A stretch of DNA of 63,830 nt, the filler included, from Octopus bimaculoides (taxonomy: Eukaryota): the NCBI RefSeq assembly GCF_001194135.2. It is 5 parts of 5 records of this genome, joined end to end, with 100 filler letters (N's around TTAATTAATTAA, not from the genome) between each part and the next. Parts side by side here need not be neighbours in the genome. Positions count along the whole stretch, not along the records: positions 1 to 20,979 come from NC_068991.1; 4 more parts are not named here. The stretch is one strand, 5' to 3'. Positions 1 through 10,989 of this stretch are shown in pieces. The stretch's first letter is position 1, and every line of letters starts with the position of its first letter. The notes beneath the pieces are model-generated. The model worked only from the letters and a program-made list of their open reading frames with translations. It was not told where the DNA came from and did not search any database. A program made the translations under genes and the position numbers.

Positions 1-121
1 CCCTGCTTCTCACATGGACAACTGTATGTTGGCTGCTCAAGAGTGGGCAGCAACAAAAAACCTATTTGTATATGCTCCACAAGGGAAAACAAGGAACATA
101 GTTTACAATGAGGTGTTATAA
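1..121 (+). mobile_element. Helitron helicase (Pif1-like) C-terminal fragment, frameshifted
   Basis: Frame 1 reads PCFSHGQLYVGCSRVGSNK. After a +1 shift in the A-run at 55-60 it continues LFVYAPQGKTRNIVYNEVL* (TAA 119-121). FSHGQLYVxxSRV followed by TxNIVYxEVL is the typical Helitron helicase end. Confidence 0.9.
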
Positions 122-240
122 TCACAACAGCAAGAAAGTATGTACATGATCACCTTCTTTTACGAAACTTCATTGACTTTCATATATTTATATTGATATA
201 CATATATATACGTGTGTTTGGGTGCGTGTGTGTATATACA

Positions 241-331
241 TCTCTATATATAAAGATGATGCGTAGTCTAGACGGCGTTTTTAGATTTCATTATTCTCTA
301 TAACCCGGGCAACGCCGGGTATTTCTGCTAG
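241..331 (+). mobile_element. Miniature non-autonomous Helitron (or 3' terminus of the upstream Helitron)
   Basis: A|TC start (240/241), hairpin ACCCGG-gcaacg-CCGGGT (303-320), CTAG end (328-331) followed by T. These are the canonical Helitron termini and A/T target. Confidence 0.8.
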
Positions 332-1778
332 TTGTATATATAAATAGCTCAATTCTAACAACAAAATGCATGCAAAATGTGCCTGCTTTATTTATTATTG
401 TAAACAATATGACATAGTGGCAGCAGTACAATAATATGCCAGTTACACCTAAAAATTAAAAGAAAAAGAAGGAACAAATGCCAGTCATGAAGAGATAGTA
501 ATATGGTAAAATAGTTAATTCTTTCTCATTTTTTTTTTTTGAATACCTAAGCAAATTTGACTCAAACAGCAGGCTACAAAAATGATGGCATCTATAATCT
601 TATTATCAACTTTAGATTGGTTGAATGAATAGGTTGACTTCATGAATTCATTCTTTATTATTAACAAAATGGAAGAAAAGCTAAATTACTGTTATATCTT
701 GCTTAACAAAGAACAAATTGCCATGAATTAATGAAAAATGTGAACATTACTAGTGAGCAGAAAGAATCTTTAGCAAACGTATTTAGAATTTTTGAAGCCC
801 ACTTGATACAGAAGCCAAACAAATGGGTTGAACGATTAAAATTCTCATCAATACAGCAAAATGAAAACTCAATCGATGAATATACATTAAAAACAAAAGC
901 TGAAAGATGAAAGAATCCTTGAACAAATAAAAGGATTAAAATGGGCAGATGAAAAAAGAAACATCATAAATAATCAAAATCTTGCACTAGAGGTAAGCAT
1001 TAAAAGCATAAGGACATATGAAGCGACAATAAAGCACAGAACATGCTACAATGATGTCAGTGTAAAGAAAACAAGTACATGTTATGAAGTAACAACAAAA
1101 AATACCAATCAGTGTGGAAGATGTGGGAAGGCTCACAGAAAAAGAAAAGAAGACTAATGCATTTTTAACAGAGAATCCAGAAAATGTCAGAAACTACACC
1201 ATTTTGAGAAATTTTGCCTTACAAAAGCAACCACATATCAAAACAACAACTTCAGTTCACACAGAAGCAGAAAACAAGACACATACAGGACCAAAAAAAA
1301 CAAAGCCTGTACAGGCATAGAAAACAAAATATAGATAAGAAAAATGTGAATGCCACTTAAAAATAGAACATGGTTCAGACCAAGAAGAAGACTTGTATTC
1401 ATACACTACAGAAAATAAAGACAAAAGTCTCAGTAATAGTTAGTACTTGCTATTATAGATTGTAAAGACTCCTATGATAGAAAATACAAAATAGAAATGA
1501 AACTAGACACTGGGGACAATGAAAATATACTACCACTCAGGCTTCACAAGCAGATGTGTCCCCAAAAGATTGATAAAAATACTGGAAAACCAACAAGTCT
1601 CAAAAGAGAACATACTACCTTATGGGCAGTGAATGGCACCAGGATACCACAACATGGTTCAGCAGTTCTCAGAATTACAAATATAATGGAATGGAAGGTT
1701 TATAATACCTGTGGAGTATCACCGTCTCCCATTATAATTATTTATGTAGTTTCAAGGAGCTGGAATGGGTCACCAATT

Positions 1779-2753
1779 TGTAATGTCTGTGCGAAGTGAG
1801 GTGAGGAGAATGACTCCTTAGTACATCACACGGTCGATACAATAAACATAAATAGAATAATGCATATATGTGCCAGAGGGAAAAAGAGATACAAATGGGT
1901 AGAATGTTTAAGAGAAGATTTGTTAATATGCTAACATGTGTGATTGTGTGTGCGTCATATATACAGAATAATAGACAGGCCATCATAAGAATGAGATGTA
2001 TGCATGTGTATGTGGGTATAGACATATGCATGTTAAGAACATATAACGATGGCAATGAAGAAGAGACAGGGAAAGAGTCTATAGCCATCAAAGTGAGGTG
2101 TAAGTTCATAGACACAAAAATGATAAATACCAGTTCATAGTCAATTGGACAAAAAATTTGAAATTTTGTATCAAGAAGTTACGGCAATGATGCAGAGCCG
2201 GTTGTGGTACATGTCGTATGTGAAGTTATGGCTGTGATGCTGCTGCCTAGGTCACTTGGTACAGGAGTTCTTGCAGGTTGCATATTCACTGTTGATCCAT
2301 GCGGAAGTAATTCATGAACAGTGCAGTGTTGTAACCAGGGTAAGTTGCTTGTTGAGTTGTGTACGTAGAGAGATGTTGATGTTAGGACGATGGTGGCAAC
2401 GGAGATGGAGGTCGCCAAATGTTGTTGGACGAAGTTGGTGAGTCTCCACATGGCTGCTGTTGTGTTGTTACTGAAACTGGCTGTGTCTTGTGTGGTCAGT
2501 GGCTAGACCTTAAAAAGTCTGGAACCGAAAGACCTCAAGACAAAGAGAAGTTGGGTTTTTATGCGGAGTTGTAGACTCAAAACTGAGTTGAAAACAGGCT
2601 GTCACATGTGACCTTATTTAGGGGCTTTGATTGGTTATATGCTGCATATTGGCGTGATAGAGTAAGAGACAAATTGCGCCAATAGCAACCAATCAGAGTA
2701 GTGGACACAATGGTATCCAAAATGCAGCCAAAGGCTAACTGTTATCTACTACA
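1779..2753 (-). mobile_element. LTR of a second retrotransposon family inserted in the Gypsy protease region, with a PBS-like stub
   Basis: On the minus strand it starts TGTAGTAG (2753) and ends ...ATTACA (1779), followed by aat-TGGTGACCC (PBS-like). Host protease frame is interrupted and resumes near 2790 (LKC...ILGL). Homologous to 8100-8688. No TSD found. Confidence 0.55.
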
Positions 2754-3678
2754 TTCCTATGTATGTATATTTAATAGAGAGGAAATGAATTTCACTCAAG
2801 TGCACGCTACACACATACAAATTCTAACACCTGTCAAGCCAACTCTTTTGTGTGTCACAATGATATAACAATATTAGGTCTAAGGCCTTGTAGAAAGTTG
2901 AGCTTGATGCAAATCAGCTGTAGTATAACATCTGATACAAGAAAACAACTGCAAAACATACAAGACTTTGAAAGTAAATACCCTGATGTATTTAAAGATA
3001 GTGGAAAATGCCACACCAGTGGTAAAACTTCCAAAAACATATCCAGTGCACTTGAAAGATGAATTGAAGAAGGAATTAGATAAAATGGAAGATATTGGTG
3101 TGATCACAAAAGTAAACTGGGTGAATGCAGTTGCATGTAGCAAGGAAAAATGATGGGTTATGTATACGTTTAGATCTAAAACTATTGCAAAAATGCATTA
3201 AAAGAACTTACCACAAAACCCCAACCTTAGAGGAAATTTTCCACAAACTAGTAAGTGCTAAATATTTCACAAAATTAGGTGCAAAACATGGGTACCGGGC
3301 AATACATCTTGATAGTTAATCAAGTCTGCTTACATGCTCCAATGCACCTTATGACAGGTACAGATATCTAAAGTGTCTATTTGAGCTCAAAGTATCTCTG
3401 GAAATTTTTCAGCAAAAAATGGACTAAATACTAGGAAACTGCACCAGGAGTCATTGATATATCTGATGATATTTGCATATATGGAAAAACAATTGGAGAA
3501 TATCATAAGAACTTGAGAAGGACAATGGATGTCTAGTTTTCAACAAAGGCAAGTGCCAAGTGGGACAAAAACAAATCAAATTTAATGGTCTTATCTAGAA
3601 TGAAAATGGTTCTTACCTCGATCCAGAAAAATGTGATGTAATCTAAACAAAACCTACACCTACAAACTGTGAAGAATT

Positions 3679-4121
3679 TGTAGTGACGCCTAACAGCAGT
3701 CGCCATTTTGGGAAGTTCGTCCACGCATGCGCAGGGACATGTCTTCCGGAAGGCATGCAGGAAGTCCCTCATACGCATGCATGGTCACCCTATATCAAAG
3801 CGTTCCCGCCTTTTCTCAACCTCTTAGTGCTGCAGCTTCGGAGACACAAGGTCACTAAGAGCTGCTCCGTAACTCTACCTTTGAGTCAACGCAAGCTACT
3901 TCAGAGGCTGAAGAATGACTTAATCATCCGGCATCGACACCATCTTCACAACAACCATAAAGTGCGACCTGGCTATTCTGTTACCTGAGATGTAGGCTGA
4001 GCACCTCATAATAAATATTTGTTATGTTGTTATTCAATTTATCCAGTGTTTTCGTTTTTATTGAAGAGAATTGATTTGTACGGGATAGAGTTATCCAATG
4101 ATGGTGGCCCTATCGCCTACA
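3679..4121 (+). mobile_element. Solo LTR (443 bp) inserted in the Gypsy RT-RNase H connection
   Basis: TGTAG...CTACA inverted termini, AATAAA near 4010, 4-bp TSD AATT/AACT (one mismatch). Removing it restores the host frame PTNCEEL*QFLGMIN. Confidence 0.82.
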
Positions 4122-5847
4122 AACTTTAGCAATTTCTAGGTATGATCAATATTTATGCCCTTTCATACCAGAGCTCAGTACTAAAACAGCTCCACTAAAA
4201 TCACTCTTCAGGAAAAGATATTGAATGGCAATGGTGTGACACACATGGAAAAAGTTCTCAAATATTGAAAGACTGTATTTATGGAAACATTTGCCTAGCT
4301 ATTTCAGGCCTAATGCAAAGACAGTGATCCAGGTAGATTCTAGTATGTTATTCCCAGGTGCAACACTGATCAATGATGGAAAAATTGTTGTATTTGCTAG
4401 TAAAAGTCTGACTGATGCTGAGTTAAGATATGAAAATATAGAAAGAGAGCTATTGGCAGTGGTGTTTGGTTGTGAAACATTTCATACATATGTGTATGGA
4501 AAAAAGTTCCAAATTGAGTCAGACCACAAATCATTGAAAAACATACAGCACAGAAACATTGCACAAGCACCCATAAGACAGCAGAGAATGTTGTTAAGGA
4601 TACAACTGCATGATGCTCAAATCAGGCACAAACCAGGTAAAAAAATAAGAGTTCCAGACTATTTATCAAGAATACAGTCAGCACAAGAGATTGAAATTGA
4701 ACTAGGTCTCACAATACATACTGTTGATATATAAGTATAGAAGTAAATGAGCTCCAAGAAACTACAAAAGATGAAGAACTGAAAATTCTAAAACAAATGA
4801 TAAATGGATGCCCAGAGACAAAGAAAAATGTACTGAAACTTACAAGAAGTTATTGGTCATTGAAAGAATTTCTGTCAGTACAGGATAGTTTAGTGCCAAA
4901 GGGTGAATGCATAATCATACGAAAAAATATGCAAAACAATGTTCTTCAGAGAATCTATGATGCACATCAAGGAATTGAAAAGTGTCAGCTCAAAACTAGT
5001 TTATTGGAAGTATAATAGTGTTTATTGAAGGCATCAACAAAAACATCAAAAAGCTGGTATAGTCATGAGAAATATGCAACCAGCAACAAAGAAGAAATGC
5101 CAAAGAAACAATGATAATAAAAGAACACTCAATGAGACTGTTCCAAAATAATGTAGCTGACATTTTTGACTTCAATGGTCAACAATTCTTATTCGTTGCC
5201 GATCTATACAACAAAATGTTTTTTGTCAAGAGGAGCATCACTAGCTCAAGCTGCATTGAATGTTTCAAAGCAATCTTTGCTACAATGCCTGTATAAAGAC
5301 AATGCCACATACTTTGTGCTAAATGAGTTCCACAACTTTACCACAAAGTAGGAATTCAACCACATGACATCCCACTCAAGATTTCTACAATTGAATGGTT
5401 TCATAGAAAGAATGGTCCAAGTAATGAAAAATACAACGAAGAAAGCAAAACAATGAGACATGGATTGTCAAATGGCTCTTCTATACCTTAGAGTAACTCC
5501 ATTGGACAGTCACATACCATCCCCAGCAGGGATCTTGTTCAATAGGAAAATAAGAACAAGAATTCCAACTGTGTTGAACACTGACAACCCAAAAGACAAC
5601 CAAATCCAAGAAAGGATTAAATGTCAAAAGAAGTAAATGACAACAGTACTACAATAGAAAAGCAAAACCTTTTCTGAATTAGTTATAGGTAGCAAAGTAT
5701 CTGTCCATCACAAAAATAACACATGGCAACCAGCAACAGTTGTAGATAAATGCACAGAACCACATAGATACAGCATCAGAATGCTTAATGATGGAAGATG
5801 GGTCAGATGCAACAGGCAACACCATGAAGATTTCAGATATTCTCTAA

Positions 5848-6392
5848 ATATCCAAATCGAGTGCTGAAAATTATCTGCACTGACTAGGTTATGTCAGCAG
5901 GCTCAGTGTTTGGGTCCCACATCACTTAAGTGAGGCTAACCTTGCCCAACAGTTTTCCATCTGCAATTCATTGCAGAAACAAGAAGAAAGCGATCTGTTT
6001 TTGAAGAGAATAGTTGCAGGGTTATGTATCTTTCATCATGACTATGCCAGACTGTACACTTCGTTGCAGACACAGCAGAAGTTACTGGGGCATGACAGGG
6101 CTGCACCTTTCATATTCACCCAATCTTGCACCTTCAAATTTCCACCTGTTTTGGTCTCTTCAAAATTCATCGAATGGATAGATTTCAACTCTGAATAGGA
6201 TGTAAAAATTCACCTGGCAAAGTTTCTAACCAGGAAAGATGAAAAATTCTTTGAGCAGTGAATAATAGATCTGCCCACAAGATAGAATGAAACAGTAATT
6301 ATGTCATTGATTGAATAAATTGTTTTTTTGTTTAAAACTCCTGTCTTATTTCTATTTAAAAAACTGAACAAACTTTTAGGCCAACCATTATA
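5848..6392 (+). mobile_element. Internally deleted mariner transposon (transposase relic plus right TIR)
   Basis: LGYVSRLSVWVPHHLSE...FLKRIVAG (WVPHxL motif), jump to IFHHDYARLYTSLQTQQKL, then YSPNLAPSNFHLFWSLQN (YSPDLAP motif). Ends acaaacttttaggccaaccatta-TA, resembling an Hsmar1/cecropia-type TIR. Confidence 0.88.
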
Positions 6393-7445
6393 ATAATATT
6401 CTTCAGAAATACATAGAGATCTTAGCATATAATTACTATAAATTTGGAAACTGCTGCCCACTTAAAAATAAACACCTGCTATTCCAATCTTTAATATGGA
6501 TATAATTTCATTGTTGAGTAGGAATAATTTACCTGAGATGCAATTTCAAGATCATTGCTTAGTCAAGATCACAATGTTACATAATTATATGACACTAATC
6601 CTCTTCTGGATAGGATGCTTTCTATTGCAGGGACATTCTTGGCATTTCTGAGACCTACTTCCTACTATTATGTGAACCAAGTCACAGCATCATGAACTTA
6701 CAAAAATTAAGAACCAAGCTATTTCATATGTTAGACTTTTCAAAAGCACTACTGTGTAATTTAATGTCTTTCATTAACATGTTTGGCATCTCCTGCATTG
6801 TTTTGTAAGAATGGATACTAGAGAATTAAATTACTATATAAAATACTTTGTCTTCTTTCATCAGAAACTGAAACTAATTAGAGATTGGTTTCAGTTCCTG
6901 AAACCTTCACTTCACTGATTTTTTTTTTTATCAATTTGAATTTTCTTTCTCATAGAGGTAAACCCCCAATTGTCAAGCCTACAAGTAAGCTTCTTTGCAC
7001 TTGACTTGCTTGTAATAGCAGCTAATTTTTCCTCAAATCACATTTCCATTTTAAAAAAGGTAGCACACATCAGATAATGCCGTACTTAGAACACTATAAA
7101 AAAAAACAAAGGCAAGAATTGCCCTGGCAGGAAAGCCTTTGATTGCAGGCTTGTTCAATCAGAGATGAACTTAAGTTGAACAACAAATACAAAAAGTCCT
7201 TGTTAACCAAGACTACAAACTAGCTTCAAGTCCCTAATTATCTGCACTTCTCACTCTCTAAAATATACACACATTTTGTCTAATCAAAAGCAAACATAAC
7301 ATTATTTATGTAGGGTTAGTACCAAAAAGTAGAGGTAAATTAGTAAGGTTTTAGCTTCCTATAGTTGACAATTCACTTGCAACATGAACTCTACATGATT
7401 ATTTCTTTTCTTTTATATACTTGAGAATATTACTTACGTTTTTAC

Positions 7446-7554
7446 CGATTCTGATAAAGTTGATATGGACATGTCCTTTAATTATCAAAAACCTTCCCAG
7501 ACATAACGGATATCTTCTGGCAAAATAAGCAAAATGCTTTCCATTGAAGGCAAT
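7446..7554 (-). CDS. Galectin, third CRD exon (IAFNGKHFAYFARRYPLCLGRFLIIKGHVHINFIRI)
   Basis: tttttAG acceptor at 7556-7555, phase 0, in frame with the previous exon. IAxNGxHF...F..R.P...L.I.G.V is the galectin C-terminal strand pattern. Donor either G|GTAAAA (7445) or C|GTAAGT (7437). Confidence 0.88.
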
Positions 7555-7757
7555 CTAAAAACAAAGAAAATATTTGTCCTTTTATAAAACAAATAATTTC
7601 ACTATATCTAAGTCTGAACAATATGATTTGAATTACTTTAGGCAGTTTCTAATGAGAGGTTGAAAAGAAAAGAAAACTGAAGAAAAAATACTACATGTAT
7701 ATAATTCAATAACTGTATCAAATGAGCACTTGTGTAAATTAGTCGTCTATTATTTAC

Positions 7758-7965
7758 CTTAAATCCATTATTTTCAGCCAATATGACTGCTTCAAAAAGT
7801 TCTCCCTTTCTCAGAGGGAAGCATCCATCGCGTTCTTCTGAACCCCAACTTCCCCAGTAAAGTGAATTGCGTACAATGCAGAAGTCATTAAAACGAAGAT
7901 CAACATGCAAAATAGTGTCTGGAAGAGGCTCAGAAATTGGTGATGAACAAAAATTAATGGAGAAT
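7758..7965 (-). CDS. Galectin, central CRD exon (FSINFC...LHVDLRF...IVRNS...WGSEER...FPLRKGELFEAVILAENNGFK)
   Basis: AG acceptor 7967-7966, GT donor 7757-7756. 208 nt, phase 2 in and phase 0 out. Contains the sugar-binding H-x-D-x-R, N and W-x-x-E-x-R residues. Confidence 0.93.
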
Positions 7966-8099
7966 CTGAAATAATAGTTAAAATATTTATCTAGAGACTT
8001 TTTATGCAATAGAAAAACAATTTACCTTGATTTTTCAGTATTAGAATGAATAAATAGAATTATTTTACAAAATTAGTTACCTGCCTGAATTATAAGAAT

Positions 8100-8688
8100 T
8101 GTAGCAGAACAGATTAACAAAATATAAGAAAGCAAATTATTCTCTCCCTTTGATTTATAGTTGTTGTTTGGCCATAGCAGAGAATACTTAACTATAAAGA
8201 CTAGGTTGTAACCATGGTTCTGATTGGTTAGTTTTTAGGCGCAAATTGTCCCCTAAACAATTGCGCCTATTTACACCGTCAACTAATCAGATATGCTAAA
8301 ACAGGTCATGTGTTCTCTTGATGGAAAAACTTTCACCAGCTTCTGTGAGTCCACTATTCCCTATAAGGACAATTTTTGACTGCTCTAGGTCTTTGGCACT
8401 CACCACTGACCACACACACATCTTATTTCCAGCAACGATGTCCTAACACCAGCCAGTGTCCGCTCTCATCTCCACCAGATGCCTGTCTACTTCATTGCTG
8501 TATGAAGACTAAACAACTGCTTCTACACCACCAACAGTATGTTAACTATGTCTCCACACCATCAACAGTCCAGCCTAACCACGAAGTTCTCAGACATCCT
8601 TGTTGTGTTATGTTAATTCACATATGGCAATCATTGTATTTTATAATGGACAATAAATTGTCGCTTACCAGTTAATTTCTATCTCACA
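8100..8688 (+). mobile_element. Probable solo LTR in a galectin intron
   Basis: Starts TGTAGCAG, ends ...TCACA, AATAAA near 8652. Shares ctgattggtt...ggcgcaa.ttgtc and ccactgaccacaca blocks with the reverse complement of 1779-2753. No TSD found, so the left boundary is uncertain. Confidence 0.5.
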
Positions 8689-9094
8689 TTGTATTTATCC
8701 ACATTAAACATCTTCATTATAGAATGATTGCTTTATGTAGGCAGAACAAACTCTAACTCAGTTACTCAACATGAAAATGTAAGTCAGGGTGAATTGAAAC
8801 AACTGAAAAATGAATCTTTTATAAATAAAATGTATGTATATAGCAATCTAATTATGAACTCAGAATTAATAGTCCAGCAGTTTATGAATCATCCATATGT
8901 TCATGCTCACATTGTCTATGGCATGCCATGATTCATGAAACAATTATTAGAATCATGCTGTAAAAGTTAAGTTTTTCATTAAAATAATTATTTGAAAAAT
9001 TAGTAATAACATAGACCCAATAGTAAGTCAGATATAATGTGTTATTAATGATTTAAGATTAGTTTTCCAAAGTGAATGATCAAAATTAATCTAC

Positions 9095-9183
9095 CTTGAA
9101 TGATGGTGTGATGTTTGGCCTTGTATAGTAATAAGGGTTCCACATTGTAGACCACCTGGTATTTCACCAACGTATGGAATACA
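9095..9183 (-). CDS. Galectin, first CRD exon (CIPYVGEIPGGLQCGTLITIQGQTSHHHSR)
   Basis: ttttcAG acceptor 9185-9184, GT donor 9094-9093. 89 nt ending in AG, which joins the A at 7965 to form Arg. PY.G.IPGGL..G..I.I.G is the galectin N-terminal motif. Confidence 0.9.
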
Positions 9184-9369
9184 CTGAAAACAGTTTAAAA
9201 AATAATTGTAAAAATCATCATAATCTATCTTGTCCAAAGTGGGTACTGACACAATGAAATGTACTGAATATAATATTAAACTTGAACAATAGCTTATATG
9301 ATGATTAAATGTCAGTATATTATTATTGCAAGAAAACATGAGAGATCATTTTAAAAATTATGGTTATCT

Positions 9370-9743
9370 TTTATCTTGTTTCAGTTATTAGACTGCAGCC
9401 ATGCACTGCCATGAGGAACTTTGTTGAACTAATCAACCTCAGTACTTATATTTTCTTTTTTTAAAAGTCTGGTATTTATTCTATCAGTCTCTTTTGCCAA
9501 ATTGCTAAGTTACAGGGGCATAAACACACCAACACTAGTTGTCAAGTGGTGGTGGAGGACAAAAGACACAAAGACACACACACATATACAACAGGCTTCT
9601 TTCAGTTTCTGTCTATCAAATCCACTCACAAGGCTTTGGTCGACCCAAGGCTAGAGTAGAAGACACTTGTCTAAGGTGTCACACAGTGGGAGTGAACCCA
9701 GAACTATGTGGTTAAGAAGCAAACTGCTTACCACACAGCCACT
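9370..9743 (-). mobile_element. tRNA-derived SINE (family A)
   Basis: Reverse complement of the family A copy at 44406-44803: tRNA-like head, gaagacacttg...caaggtg core, 3' cagtc...gactgc tail. Confidence 0.85.
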
Positions 9744-10989
9744 TTTAATTACTTTTAAATTTAAAACAAGTAGTTAACAACTTTAAAAAACTAACACAAA
9801 TAACAATCAAACAGCACACTCTAGAGTGGTTACTGACACCTTGAACTATTTAATGTATATGTGGTATGACCTGTCATCTTCACTCTCTCGATATTTCTAT
9901 CAACAGCCTTTCTAATGTGAATATCATATTGTTGCTTAATCACTTAATTTCATATCAAAGCTAGATCATTTATATCTTTCAACTTATCTCAACATTTAAT
10001 GTATGTAAAATATTTCAATAGACTGTATAAAATTGTAAATTGGTAATTTACAGCAAATAGTTTTAATTATTGATCGTCATCATCACAATCATCATGACCC
10101 ATTTTGCTATAAATATCAACTGGTTCACTTTTCAAGATACATAATACACAACTGCCTTTACAGTGCTTCATGTATAATAGTTAACTTTCTGTTACACAAC
10201 TAGATTTCCCTGTATGTAACCAACTCATTCCAGGTGTGTTCAAAAAGAAAATGCTCAGCAACATGCTTGAAATGTAGCTTTTATCATCATCAATGGACAT
10301 CTATCACTGATACCCATTCTCTAAATAAGATATCTTTAACCATGGCCAAAGTAAACAGCAAGTATTTTAATAAAATATATAGTAAATCAGGGCCTTATCC
10401 TGACTAAAATATTAGAGGAGGCAAAGACCAACAAAAACCAAACCAAGTTAGCAATTACAAACAGTTCTATGCATTGTGCCAATGATGGGAAGGGGAATGG
10501 GAGGGTATATCAGAAAGGCATACTAGAGTTTATAAGGCATTTTTTTAGTTTGTCGAAGGCTTCCAAACTGAAGTATCTCAGACACAAATACCAAATTAAT
10601 AACATCATAAAGTTCTTTTGCTAAACTAATCAATTGTTAAGTCTAAATGATGGCATCTAATGTAAACAGTAGATTGTTAAAACATACATATGTATGCATT
10701 CCCTTTGATTCCTCCATTTCTGATGAACTGTTCAAGAAATTTCTCCCACTTGGAGAGCACATACCATTCCATGTAGGTTCTGTTATATATTCATAGAGTA
10801 AATTGAACATGATGTACTTTGAATTACTCCACTAAACATGATAATCCAATAAATAAAAACTCTCAACAATCTCAACAATTCCTACGACTTCTCTCATCTC
10901 AAGCAATACACTACTTTTTATAAGAGTTCAGCTAGTCCATTCTTCCAATCCCACAAGGGTGTTAATGACTCTCGCCACAACACTTTCAT

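Larger units (their letters stand above)
560..5845 (+). mobile_element. Degenerate Ty3/Gypsy LTR retrotransposon, gag-PR-RT-RH-IN, many stops and frameshifts
   Basis: gag-like ANVFRIFEAHLIQKPNKWVERLKF (~770-850) and Zn-knuckle remnants (~1110-1230); protease KLDTG (1500-1514); RT LKKELDKMEDIGVI / RLDL / SDDICIYG (~3060-3490); RNase H VFASKSLTDAELRYENIERELLAVVFGCETFHTYVYGKKFQIESDHKSL (4291-4734); integrase DAHQGIEKC, NGFIERMVQ, ALLYLRVTP, SPAGILFNRKIRT (4960-5570). RH-before-IN order is Gypsy type. Own LTRs not found. Confidence 0.92.

Noticed and set aside
6950-6978. Possible terminal galectin exon GLTIGGLPL*
   Set aside because: In frame only with the weaker donor, no polypyrimidine tract, and no homology support.
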